Source: an uncultured Aquimarina sp.
GTDB taxonomy: Bacteria > Bacteroidota > Bacteroidia > Flavobacteriales > Flavobacteriaceae
Reading direction: 5' to 3'
Assembly: GCA_947503835.1 (NCBI GenBank)
Contig: CANNFM010000024.1
Location: 2,787 to 66,786 of the forward strand
Length of the DNA stretch: 64,000 nt
The notes beneath the pieces are model-generated. The model was not told the origin of the DNA. It ran no database searches and saw nothing but the letters and a program-made list of their open reading frames with translations. Shown here one piece after another: positions 25,810 to 36,201 of this stretch; positions within the stretch are counted from its first letter, which is position 1; every line of letters starts with the position of its first letter. The translations under genes were made by a program, and so were the position numbers.

Positions 25810-28800
25810 ATGGTAAAATACACAGGATTAGAAATTGCCGTTGTCGGTATGTCATGCAAATTTCCAGAAGCTGATACTATAGAAGAGTTCTGGAAAAATT
25901 TAAAAAAGGGCAAAAATAGCATTAGTCAATTTACTGAAGAAGAGGCTTTAAAAGAGGATGAAGAGTCGCTAGTAAAGCAATCCTCATATGTAAAGGCAAA
26001 TGCATATTTAAAAAATAAGAAATATTTTGATTCAGAGTTTTTTGGATATACCCCTCATGAAGCAGAGTTAATGGATCCACAAGTAAGACTTTATCATGAG
26101 TGTTGCTGGGAAGCCCTAGAAGACAGCGGGTATACATCAAAAAACCCAAAGCTTAAAATAGGAGTGTTTTCTGCTGGATACCCTAATATTCCATGGATGT
26201 TGCGCGCATCGCAAAATACCAATAAGAATGAATTTGTAGATGGCTTTACATCTTCTCATTTAATAGATGCTACTTTTTTAAGTTCTAGAATTTCATATAA
26301 ATTCGACCTTAAAGGTCCTGCGATATTTCTGCAAACCGCATGTTCTTCTTCATTAGTGGCTATCCACGAAGGGTGCAATAGTTTATTACTTGGAGAATGT
26401 AATATGGTATTAGTAGGAGGGGTAAATGTTAGACATTATTCCAAAAAAGGATATGTATTTCAAGAAGGGATGATACACTCAAAAGATGGTACATGTAGAC
26501 CATTCGATGCTCAATCTAGTGGTACTGTAGGAGGAGAAGGAGTTGGAGTGGTTGTATTAAAAAGACTAAAAGATGCAATTCGAGATAAAGATAATATTCA
26601 TGCAATTATAAAAGGTACTGCCATTAATAATGATGGAAGTGCTAAGGTGGGATACACAGCTCCTAGTGTTCGCGGACAGGTTGAGGTAATTAAGAAAGCC
26701 CATACTATGGCACGAGTAGATGCTGATACTATAAGTTATGTGGAAGCTCACGGAACAGCAACTTCATTAGGAGATCCTATAGAAATCGAAGCATTGAATA
26801 CTGCCTTTGGGAAGAATAATAAAAAAGGGTGCGCAATAGGGTCGGTAAAGTCTAATATCGGACATTTAGATGCGGCAGCAGGTGTTGCAGGATTTATAAA
26901 AACAGTGCTTGCTCTAAAACATAGAGAATTACCTCCTAGTTTACATTATACAGAACAAAACCCAGCTATTAGTTTTTCGCAAGGTCCTTTCTTTGTAAAC
27001 GATCAATTGACAAATTGGGGAAGCTCATCAGATCTTTTGAGAGCAGGTGTAAGTTCTTTTGGTATTGGAGGGACAAACGCCCACTTAGTGCTTCAGGAAG
27101 CACCTGCTAAAGAAACTTTCAAACAAAAAAGAAAGAATCACTTATTACCATTGTCTGCTAAAACTGTTTCTGGATTTCAAGGTAATGTAGCAAAACTTAA
27201 AAAATTTATTGAAGAAAATCAACAGATAAACTTAGCAGATACAGCATATACATTACAGACAGGAAGGGAACGATTTAAGTATAGAAAGGCCATTGTTTGT
27301 GAAAATACAAGTAGTACTTTAAAACAATTAGAGGCCTTGTCTTTAATGCAACCAGTCTCTTCTAACCACCAAGAAGAATTACAACATGTTGTATTTATGT
27401 TTCCTGGACAAGGAATGCAATATGTTAACATGTGTGCAGATCTATATTCTTCAGAAGAAACATTTCGTGAAGAAATAGATACTTGTTTAGAACTAGCTAA
27501 AAAGTATACAACAGCAGATTTGCATTCAATATTATTTTCAAATGAAGCTTCCAAAAAGATTAATCAAACGGAATATGCACAACCTCTTTTGTTTTTTGTA
27601 GAATACGCATTAGCAAAACAATTGTCCAAGTGGGGAGTAACCCCAGATTATATGATTGGTCATAGTATCGGAGAATATACGGCAGCATGTTTGAGTGGTG
27701 TTTTCGAATTGGAAGATGCCATTCGATTGGTTATAAAAAGAGGATTGTTAATGAGTAAAGTAAGTAAAGGTGCAATGCTCAGTATCAGTTCCAGTAGCGA
27801 TAAAGTTAACTCATATCTAAAAACTTACGATACTATTGATTTAGCAGTGGTAAACAGTGACAGTGCCGTTGTTGTTTCAGGGACGATTGAGGATATCGAT
27901 GCATTTAAAGGTTTCCTAGATGACGAGGGTATTCAGTCCAAAAAGTTACATACGTCGCATGCATTTCATTCTAGAATGATGGATAATGTATTGAATGAAT
28001 TCGAAGAAGAACTAAAACAAGTTACAATAAAGTCTCCTAAAATCCCATTCGTATCTAATCTATCAGGAGATTTTGTTAATGGTCATGAGGTTAAGGAACC
28101 GTCCTATTGGACAAAACATCTTAGAGGTACAGTCAATTTTAAACAAGGAGTAGATACTTTATTATCTCAAGGTGACGCTTGCTTTATAGAAGTAGGACCA
28201 GGAAGCGTATTGAGTAATTATGTGAATGAAAATGAGCATAAAACAGATAACCATCGTACAGTAAATACAGTAAGACATATAAAGTACAATATCGATGATC
28301 AACAATACTTCCTTGAGAAAATAGGGGAACTTTGGGAATTTGGAATAGAAATCGACTGGGAGCAATTCTATGGAGAAGAACAAAGGTGTAAAATTTCATT
28401 GCCGACCTATGCTTTTGAAAGAAAAGAATATACTACTGATTTTAATTTCGAAAGACTACTAAACTCAACATCGTCCTCAAACATCGATGAATTCAGTGAG
28501 CATCCTAACGAATTAATCAATACCTATAATTGGAAGCGTTCTACTCTTCCGAATACAGCCGAAGAACTAGAGGGTCAAAAGAGAAATTTTCTGATTTTTA
28601 GTGGAAATGAAACCTTTAGTCACGCTATTATTGAAACGTTAAAGGAAAAGCAACAAGGTGTAATTGAGGTTAAACTTGGAGAACAATTCAAGAAGATTAA
28701 CGAAGGATTATTTGAAATTAATATATCTGCTTTAGATCAGGTAGAACAATTGTGGGATGCACTTAGAAATATAGATTTCAATGCAAATGAAATCATTTAT

Positions 28801-31800
28801 GGTGTACCGCTATCTGAAAAATATACCTCCCCTAATTATAACGAAATTGATAAAGGGTTAGGAGAAAATTATCTTGGGATATCGTATATTTCAAAGGCCC
28901 TTGCGAACTATCAACCTAATGAGGAGGTGAAGATTACGGTACTTGGTAATCATTTAGCCAATGTAATGCCTACAGATTTTGTAGATCCTTTGAAAGCGTT
29001 GGTACTTTCACCAGCAAAAATTATTCCTTCTGAGATGAATACACTACGATGTAAAGTAGTAGATATTCCATATCCATTTGTTTATGATACTGAACATTTA
29101 GACTATGCAGAAAAGGTAATCAATGAAATGTTTTACAAAACAGATGATGCCCTTGTCGCTTATAGGTATGCAGAACGTTGGACTAGAGATATAACCTCAT
29201 TAGTAGCAAACGAAAAAACGGTATCAAACACCCAACTCGTTGACGGAGGAACCTATCTCATTGTCGGAGGAACAGGAGGAATAGGGCTATCCATAGTTGC
29301 TGAAATGAGTTCTAAAATTAATGGAAAATTCATTTTGGTACATCGTAAAGATTTTCCAAGAAAAGAGGCTTGGTCAAAATGGATCAGCACTCATGATGAA
29401 AGCAATGAAATTGTAAAAAAGATTAGAAAAATTCAGGAAATTGAAAATGAAGGGTCTACCATTGAATTACACCAGTTAGATGTTGCCAATGAATCTGGCG
29501 TAAAATCGTTCTTAGAAGATAAACAAAAGAACAATGAACAAATTAAAGGTTTGATTTGGGCAGCGGGAGAGGTTGACTATGGTGGGATTATACTCAATAG
29601 ATCGAAGAATGATTTGATAAAGTATAGTACTTCAAAAGTTCATGGGATTTTATTGTTTGAGAAATATATGGAGTTCTCAAACCTGGATTTTCTTGCTTTA
29701 TTTTCATCCATCGGAAATGTTATTTATCAAATAAAGTTTGGACAAGTAGGATATAATGCTGGTAATGAGTTTTTAGAAAGCTACTCACATTACGCGAAGA
29801 AGCAATGGGGTATTCATGCATTTACAATAAATTGGTGTGACTGGTATGATATTGGATTGACCTTTAATTCAATAATAGAACAAGATCAGATTGAAGATAT
29901 TGACGAAATTAATTCTAGAATTAGCCATGCTATTTCTCCAGATAAAGGAGTAGAAACTTTTTTCAGATGTCTTAACAGTAAAGAGACTACATTCAGCATA
30001 TTTCCTGAAAAATTGGAAGATGAGATTCAATTTCAACGAAATAGATTAAAAGAATTTCAAAACGCTCAGGCAAAATCAGAAGGTGAGGAGCAAACAAGTA
30101 TAGAAGTAGTAGATAGCTTAGAAAATGCTATTCTAAATGAATATTCGAACTTTTTTGGAAAAGAACTTAGCCTCACAGATAACTTTTTTGAACTAGGAGG
30201 AGATTCTTTAAAGGCTATGAATTTAGTTGCTAGAATAAACCAATTAGGTTTGAATCTGACTATCAATGATATTTATCAAAACCCAACAATCAAGGAGCTG
30301 TTAGATAGTGCGTTAGAGTCTGGTGTGGAAGCAGAAACCATAAATATTCCTAAGGCATCTTCGAAAGAATATTATACGGTATCCTCTGAACAGAACAGAA
30401 TGTTTCTGTTACAGGAATTAGATGTAGATAGTACATTGTATAATGAAACGGAAATATTATGGATCATTGGAGAATTGGATAAAAATAAAGTTGAAAAAGC
30501 CTTTAAGCAAATTATCGAAAGACATGAAAGTTTGCGAACTTCATACCTGTTTGATACTGGTGAATTAAAACAAAAAGTATCAGATGATTTTGATTTTCAA
30601 CTTACATTATCAAAGCTTTCTGAACATAAAATAAATGAATTTGTAGACTCTTTTATTACTCCCTTTGATTTAAGAAATGAAAAGGAACCATTATTGAGAG
30701 TTGGTTTATTAGAAAAAAGCCCAACAGAGCACTTACTAATTATGGATTCTCACCATATTGTAATGGACGGAGCTTCAAGATTTATAATACGTGAAGAGTT
30801 CAACAAGTTAATGAATGAAGAAAGTATAGAACCCTTAAAACTACAGTATAAAGATTACGCCGAATGGCAAAATAGTGAAGAACAAAAAGTGTTAGCGGAC
30901 AAAGAGAAAACTTTTTGGTTGAAGGAGTTTTCAGGAGAATTAGAGCCTTTAGAATTGCCTATAGATTTTACTAGACCAGTTCAAAGGAATAATGAAGGTG
31001 ATGTAGTTCGTTTTGAAATTGGACAAGAAGAAACTAAAAAATTAAAGAGTATTGCCGCAGCCGATGGAACGACTATATATACAGTTTTAGTTGCCGTTAT
31101 TAATGTATTACTTAGTAAGTTATCAAGTCAAGAAGATATAGTAATCGGAACTCCTGTTGCAGGTAGACAACATGCAGACCTAGAAAATCTGATAGGTATG
31201 TTCGTCAATACATTATGTTTACGTAATTATCCAGAAGGACAAAAATCTTTTAAAGAGTTTTTGTCTGAGGTAAAAGGAAAAACATTAGACTGTTTACAAC
31301 ATCAATCTTATCCGTTTGAAGAGTTGGTTACTGAGCTTAAGATAGCCAGAGACAATAGTAGAAACCCTCTCTTTGATGTAATGTTTGTATATCAAAATTA
31401 CGAAGAGGCTAAAAATGAAACTGAAGGTTTGGTTTTCAAGCCCGAACAGTTTAATCACACTTCTTCTAGGTTTGATATGACACTTTTGGCGGTTGATGAT
31501 GCGGATCAATTATTCTTAAGGCTTATTTTTTCTACAGAACTATTTACCAGAGAAACTGTTCAACGATTTGTTTCTTACTTCAAGAGTATTGTGACTTCCA
31601 TTATTAATAATCAAGAGGCGTTACTTTCAGATATTGATATTTTACCGATAGAAGAGAAACAAAAAATAGTGCTAGATTTTAATGATACAAAGGTAAATGA
31701 TGTAGAAAAAAGTGTAGCTGAATTATTTGCAGAACAAGTAACTAAATATCCTGATAATATTGCCTTAATTCATGATGATGAACAAATCACTTATTTAGAG

Positions 31801-34800
31801 TTAGATAGAAAAGCAAATGCCATAGCTAAGCTAATTCATGACCAACTTTCTGGCTCTGATCATAAAATAGGATTACTTTTTAATCATTCTATTGAAATGG
31901 TAGCATGCTTACTAGGAGTGGTGAAATCTGGTTACGCTTATGTTCCCTTATCCGCTGAAGATCCTAATGATAGAAAACAATATATTTTGTCTGATTGTGG
32001 TGCAAGTCTATTACTTGTGCAAGAAGAGATTTACAATCAATTCGATGAGAGCTCAATAATCATTGAAGAAGAAAAAATTGTTGTTGTAGGTGAAATTAAT
32101 CAGGAAGAGAAAGCTCCTATTGATCCTCTTAGTATAAATACAAATGATTTATTATATGCAATTTATACATCCGGTACTACCGGAAAGCCTAAAGGAGTAG
32201 AAATCAGACACAAAGGAATAGTAAATTATGCACTTTGGGGGATAGACTACCATAATTTAACTCATGAAGACGTAACGTTGCAGTTAGTGTCATATCATTT
32301 TGATGGTTTTGGGTCTAACTTTTATCAGGCTATATTATCGGGAGGTGCAATGATTACAGTGCCTCGAGAATTAAAATTAGATGTGCAACACATTGTAAAA
32401 CAGATTGATACTAAAAGGGTTACTAATTTTGCAATTCTCCCAGGTTTATATAACGAAATACTAGATGAAATAAAGTTACAACAACTTGAGAATGAAATTC
32501 GATTTGTTGTTTTAGCAGGAGAAAAGTCAGGTCTTAATTTAATTCAAAAAAGTAAAAAGATATTGCCGTCAATAAGTCTTGAAAATCAGTATGGACCAAC
32601 AGAGACCACAATAGGGTCAACACATAATTTGACACTGGATATTGATTCAGCTTCCAATATAGGAAAACCAATATGGAATACGGCAATATATATTCTTGAT
32701 AATAAATCTAATATACTGCCGATAGGAGTAAAAGGAGAAATACATATTGCAGGAAAAGGAATTGCTAAAGGGTATATTAATAATAGTGACTTAACTAATG
32801 AAAAATTCATAGTAAATCCATTTGGCACCTACGAAAAAATGTATAAAACCGGAGATGTTGGTAGGTGGCTTTCAGATGGAACTATTGAAATAGAAGGAAG
32901 GAAGGACGATCAAATCAAAATAAGAGGATTTAGAGTTGAGCCTGGAGAAATTAGTAATCATATTACTGTTCATGAAAATGTAAGTCAGTCTGCTGTTATC
33001 ATTAAAGAAAAATCAGGACAAAAATACCTAGCAGCCTATTATATTTCTGAAATAGACATAAGTGCAAATGAATTACGGGATTTCTTATCTCAGCGGGTGC
33101 CGGATTACATGATTCCTTCATATTTCATTAGAATGGAAAAGTTTCCGTATACCTTAAATGGTAAACTTAATAAAAGATTAATGCCAGAACCTGCAGAGGA
33201 TACTTCAGAATATGCATCTGCTATAACACCTGAAGAAGAAATATTAGTGGAAGTGTGGAGTAAGGTATTAGGGGCTAAAAACATAGGTGTACTTGATAAT
33301 TTCTTTCTCATAGGTGGAGATTCTATTAAATCTATACAGATAAGTTCAAGGTTAAGATCATTAGGATATGAAGTTTCTGTAAAAGATATTCTAACCTCTA
33401 GAGATATTAGAACTCTAGCAACAAAAATTACAGAAACGCAAAAACAATCAGATCAATCATCAGTTACTGGTGACGCGATATTGAGTCCAATTCAGCACTG
33501 GTTTTTTGAAAACAATTCTACAGAGAGAAATCACTTTAATCAATCTGTATTGCTTGATTTTGATAGTATTACAGAAGAAGAGGTCAAAATAATTTTCGAA
33601 AAGATTCAAGAACACCATGATGTTTTAAGAACAGTTTATAAAGAAAATACCGAAGAACCAACATCTTGTTATTTAGACACTGATGAATCTCCGGTTTCGT
33701 TACATGTTTTTGATTTAAGAGGCGCCAAAGATGCTTCGGCGGTTATGTTATCTGAAAGTAGAAAAATACAGTCAGGTATTAATATACATACCGGCCCTTT
33801 AATGCATTTAGGATTATTTAAAATGGATAAAGGGAGTCGTTTGTTGATTGTAATACATCATTTAGCAGTCGACGGAGTTTCTTGGCGCATTTTATTCGAA
33901 GATATTGAAACATTATACCAACAAATAAAAAATAAAGAAGCTCTTAAATTACCTTTAAAAACAGATTCTTTTAAAAGTTGGACCAATAAGTTATTAAACT
34001 ATTCTAAGAGTACTAGAATGGAATCTGCAAAAACGTATTGGAAACAAGAGTTACAAAGATCACATTCTGTATTAAAAAGAGATAATCCAGACGGAGAGAA
34101 TATATTTAAGTATAAAGCTGTTGAGCAATTTCAATTAGACGAAGAAATTACATCAAAACTATTATCCGACGTTCATTTCCCGTTTGGAACTCAGATAAAT
34201 GATATTTTATTAACCGCATTTTTGTGGACGTATAGCGAGTTTTTTAATACCAACGATGTTCTCATTGATTTAGAAAGTCATGGGAGAGAAAATTTAGGAC
34301 AGGATGAAAATATAAGTCGCACAGTTGGTTGGTTTACAAGTTTTTATCCGGTTTTACTGCAGACAGAAAAAATAGATCCTAATAACTTAAGCAGTGTCGT
34401 AAAAGAAGTAAAAGAAAAACTACGTAAAATTCCTAACAAAGGAATTGATTATTTAATTTACAAATACTTCACAGAAAATGGTATTGATACCCAAAACAAT
34501 ACGCAGATAAGCTTTAACTATCTCGGTCAGTTTGATTCAGATATAGAAAATAGCTCTTTTACTATTGGAAAAGAAGATAAAGGAGATGAGATATCACCAA
34601 ATAAGCAAAGAGATTATGATTGGGATCTCGCAGGTATTATTACAGAAGGAAAGCTTACTATGAGTATCATGTATAGTAGCAAGCAGTATAATCAAGATAC
34701 CATACAAGCTGTAATAAATTTATTAAAAACAAACTTAGAAAAGCTTATTACGTTTTGTGTTAACTATAGTAAAAAAGAATTTTCCCCATCAGATTTTACT

Positions 34801-36153
34801 TATAAAGAGCTTTCTTTTAATCAGCTAGATGATATTTCGGAGAGTTTTGATATTCAAAATATTTATCCACTATCTCCAATGCAAGAAGGGATGTTGTTTC
34901 ATTATTTGATGAACCCGGACTCAGAAAGTTATCTCGGACAAATGACGTTCGAAATTCATGGAGAATTAGATATTGAAGCTGTTAAAGAAAGCATGGATGA
35001 ATTAATAGCCAGACATGAAGTTTTACGTACTGTTTTTCTTCATGAAGGCTATGAAAGACCAATACAAATAGTTCTAAAAGAAAGAAAATCAAATGTACAA
35101 TATAGAGATCTGTTACGCGAAGTATCAGCAGATAGTATTATAAAAGAGGTTGATAGGTGTAAAGAAAATCAAAGCCATAACAACTTCAATCTTAGTAAAG
35201 ATCTGCTCATGAGGTTAACAGTATTGCGTACGGATGAAGAAAAATATACGCTTATCTGGAACTATCACCATATACTAATGGATGGTTGGTGTACAGCTAC
35301 TATTTTATCTGAGTTTAGAGAAATGTACTCAAGTAGAAAAAAAGGATTAAAAGTAGAGTTGCCTTTTGTTAATTCATATTATAACTACATAGAATGGCTG
35401 GAAAACAGGGATAAACAAATCTCGAAGAGCTATTGGGAAAATTACTTAGAAGGTTATCATCAACCAGTGTCAATGCCAAAAACCAATCTAAGTTCTGGTA
35501 AAGATGAGGATTATGATTTAGCCATTGAACATTTGAAAATTGAAAAAAGCGAAACTGATCTTTTGCAACAACTAACTGTAGAATATGGTGTAACCATTAA
35601 TACAATCATTCAATGTGCCTGGGGAATGTTATTAGCCAAGTATAATAATGTTAACGAAGTCGTATTTGGAGCTGTTGTTTCAGGAAGACCTACCGAGATC
35701 GAAGGAATAGAAAGTATGATAGGATTGTTCATCAATACTATTCCTGTAAGGATTAAGTATAATGATGGAGAAGATTTGGGAGATGTATTGAAACAATTGC
35801 AAGAAAATGCACTGGAAAAAGAACAGCATCAATACCATCCTCTGTCAGAAATTCAAACCTATAGTACTTTAGGAAGAGAGCTATTTGATCATATAGTTAT
35901 TGTAGAAAATTACCCGGTTTTAGAAGATCAGGGAACGAGCACCGATAAAACGGACTTTTTAGTGAAAAATGTCGAAATGTTTGTGCAATCAAATTACGAT
36001 CTGTCTTTGGTAGTTGTACCAAATGATGAAATTGAAATTAAAATCGAATATAATGCTAATGTGTACGATAGAACTACAGTACAAAACATATTAGCACATT
36101 TGAATCATGTGATTCTTCAAGTCTTATTGCCTAGCGAAGTTGAAGTTGTTTAA
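25810..36153 (+). CDS. Hybrid PKS-NRPS: KS - AT(malonyl-type) - KR - ACP - C - A - T - E - C(DCL-type)
   Basis: KS: TACSSSLVA, EAHGTATSLGDP, SNIGHLD. AT: GHSIGE plus HAFHS, a malonyl-type signature. KR: GGTGGIG Rossmann motif and S...YNAGN. ACP: FFELGGDSLKA (about 30196). C: SHHIVMDGAS. A: YTSGTTGKPKGV, NQYGPTETTIGS, code D-G-S-I-V-A-Q-I-G-K (unassigned, weakly Tyr-like). T: FLIGGDSIKSIQ. E: IHHLAVDGVSWRIL. The terminal C has SPMQEGMLFH and YHHILMDGWC. The protein ends at the C-A linker. Confidence 0.95.
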   Translation: MVKYTGLEIAVVGMSCKFPEADTIEEFWKNLKKGKNSISQFTEEEALKEDEESLVKQSSYVKANAYLKNKKYFDSEFFGYTPHEAELMDPQVRLYHECCWEALEDSGYTSKNPKLKIGVFSAGYPNIPWMLRASQNTNKNEFVDGFTSSHLIDATFLSSRISYKFDLKGPAIFLQTACSSSLVAIHEGCNSLLLGECNMVLVGGVNVRHYSKKGYVFQEGMIHSKDGTCRPFDAQSSGTVGGEGVGVVVLKRLKDAIRDKDNIHAIIKGTAINNDGSAKVGYTAPSVRGQVEVIKKAHTMARVDADTISYVEAHGTATSLGDPIEIEALNTAFGKNNKKGCAIGSVKSNIGHLDAAAGVAGFIKTVLALKHRELPPSLHYTEQNPAISFSQGPFFVNDQLTNWGSSSDLLRAGVSSFGIGGTNAHLVLQEAPAKETFKQKRKNHLLPLSAKTVSGFQGNVAKLKKFIEENQQINLADTAYTLQTGRERFKYRKAIVCENTSSTLKQLEALSLMQPVSSNHQEELQHVVFMFPGQGMQYVNMCADLYSSEETFREEIDTCLELAKKYTTADLHSILFSNEASKKINQTEYAQPLLFFVEYALAKQLSKWGVTPDYMIGHSIGEYTAACLSGVFELEDAIRLVIKRGLLMSKVSKGAMLSISSSSDKVNSYLKTYDTIDLAVVNSDSAVVVSGTIEDIDAFKGFLDDEGIQSKKLHTSHAFHSRMMDNVLNEFEEELKQVTIKSPKIPFVSNLSGDFVNGHEVKEPSYWTKHLRGTVNFKQGVDTLLSQGDACFIEVGPGSVLSNYVNENEHKTDNHRTVNTVRHIKYNIDDQQYFLEKIGELWEFGIEIDWEQFYGEEQRCKISLPTYAFERKEYTTDFNFERLLNSTSSSNIDEFSEHPNELINTYNWKRSTLPNTAEELEGQKRNFLIFSGNETFSHAIIETLKEKQQGVIEVKLGEQFKKINEGLFEINISALDQVEQLWDALRNIDFNANEIIYGVPLSEKYTSPNYNEIDKGLGENYLGISYISKALANYQPNEEVKITVLGNHLANVMPTDFVDPLKALVLSPAKIIPSEMNTLRCKVVDIPYPFVYDTEHLDYAEKVINEMFYKTDDALVAYRYAERWTRDITSLVANEKTVSNTQLVDGGTYLIVGGTGGIGLSIVAEMSSKINGKFILVHRKDFPRKEAWSKWISTHDESNEIVKKIRKIQEIENEGSTIELHQLDVANESGVKSFLEDKQKNNEQIKGLIWAAGEVDYGGIILNRSKNDLIKYSTSKVHGILLFEKYMEFSNLDFLALFSSIGNVIYQIKFGQVGYNAGNEFLESYSHYAKKQWGIHAFTINWCDWYDIGLTFNSIIEQDQIEDIDEINSRISHAISPDKGVETFFRCLNSKETTFSIFPEKLEDEIQFQRNRLKEFQNAQAKSEGEEQTSIEVVDSLENAILNEYSNFFGKELSLTDNFFELGGDSLKAMNLVARINQLGLNLTINDIYQNPTIKELLDSALESGVEAETINIPKASSKEYYTVSSEQNRMFLLQELDVDSTLYNETEILWIIGELDKNKVEKAFKQIIERHESLRTSYLFDTGELKQKVSDDFDFQLTLSKLSEHKINEFVDSFITPFDLRNEKEPLLRVGLLEKSPTEHLLIMDSHHIVMDGASRFIIREEFNKLMNEESIEPLKLQYKDYAEWQNSEEQKVLADKEKTFWLKEFSGELEPLELPIDFTRPVQRNNEGDVVRFEIGQEETKKLKSIAAADGTTIYTVLVAVINVLLSKLSSQEDIVIGTPVAGRQHADLENLIGMFVNTLCLRNYPEGQKSFKEFLSEVKGKTLDCLQHQSYPFEELVTELKIARDNSRNPLFDVMFVYQNYEEAKNETEGLVFKPEQFNHTSSRFDMTLLAVDDADQLFLRLIFSTELFTRETVQRFVSYFKSIVTSIINNQEALLSDIDILPIEEKQKIVLDFNDTKVNDVEKSVAELFAEQVTKYPDNIALIHDDEQITYLELDRKANAIAKLIHDQLSGSDHKIGLLFNHSIEMVACLLGVVKSGYAYVPLSAEDPNDRKQYILSDCGASLLLVQEEIYNQFDESSIIIEEEKIVVVGEINQEEKAPIDPLSINTNDLLYAIYTSGTTGKPKGVEIRHKGIVNYALWGIDYHNLTHEDVTLQLVSYHFDGFGSNFYQAILSGGAMITVPRELKLDVQHIVKQIDTKRVTNFAILPGLYNEILDEIKLQQLENEIRFVVLAGEKSGLNLIQKSKKILPSISLENQYGPTETTIGSTHNLTLDIDSASNIGKPIWNTAIYILDNKSNILPIGVKGEIHIAGKGIAKGYINNSDLTNEKFIVNPFGTYEKMYKTGDVGRWLSDGTIEIEGRKDDQIKIRGFRVEPGEISNHITVHENVSQSAVIIKEKSGQKYLAAYYISEIDISANELRDFLSQRVPDYMIPSYFIRMEKFPYTLNGKLNKRLMPEPAEDTSEYASAITPEEEILVEVWSKVLGAKNIGVLDNFFLIGGDSIKSIQISSRLRSLGYEVSVKDILTSRDIRTLATKITETQKQSDQSSVTGDAILSPIQHWFFENNSTERNHFNQSVLLDFDSITEEEVKIIFEKIQEHHDVLRTVYKENTEEPTSCYLDTDESPVSLHVFDLRGAKDASAVMLSESRKIQSGINIHTGPLMHLGLFKMDKGSRLLIVIHHLAVDGVSWRILFEDIETLYQQIKNKEALKLPLKTDSFKSWTNKLLNYSKSTRMESAKTYWKQELQRSHSVLKRDNPDGENIFKYKAVEQFQLDEEITSKLLSDVHFPFGTQINDILLTAFLWTYSEFFNTNDVLIDLESHGRENLGQDENISRTVGWFTSFYPVLLQTEKIDPNNLSSVVKEVKEKLRKIPNKGIDYLIYKYFTENGIDTQNNTQISFNYLGQFDSDIENSSFTIGKEDKGDEISPNKQRDYDWDLAGIITEGKLTMSIMYSSKQYNQDTIQAVINLLKTNLEKLITFCVNYSKKEFSPSDFTYKELSFNQLDDISESFDIQNIYPLSPMQEGMLFHYLMNPDSESYLGQMTFEIHGELDIEAVKESMDELIARHEVLRTVFLHEGYERPIQIVLKERKSNVQYRDLLREVSADSIIKEVDRCKENQSHNNFNLSKDLLMRLTVLRTDEEKYTLIWNYHHILMDGWCTATILSEFREMYSSRKKGLKVELPFVNSYYNYIEWLENRDKQISKSYWENYLEGYHQPVSMPKTNLSSGKDEDYDLAIEHLKIEKSETDLLQQLTVEYGVTINTIIQCAWGMLLAKYNNVNEVVFGAVVSGRPTEIEGIESMIGLFINTIPVRIKYNDGEDLGDVLKQLQENALEKEQHQYHPLSEIQTYSTLGRELFDHIVIVENYPVLEDQGTSTDKTDFLVKNVEMFVQSNYDLSLVVVPNDEIEIKIEYNANVYDRTTVQNILAHLNHVILQVLLPSEVEVV

Positions 36154-36201
36154 CTCACTCTAAGCTCAAAAATCAATTATTAACATTTAATAAAGAAAAC
36201 A

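Noticed and set aside
28380-29260. A possible DH, ER or methyltransferase domain in the ~300-aa AT-to-KR regions of both PKS modules (also 44940-45740).
   Set aside because: No HxxxGxxxxP (DH), no ER NADPH motif and no SAM-binding motif were seen. Length and position fit the structural (pseudo-KR) subdomain.
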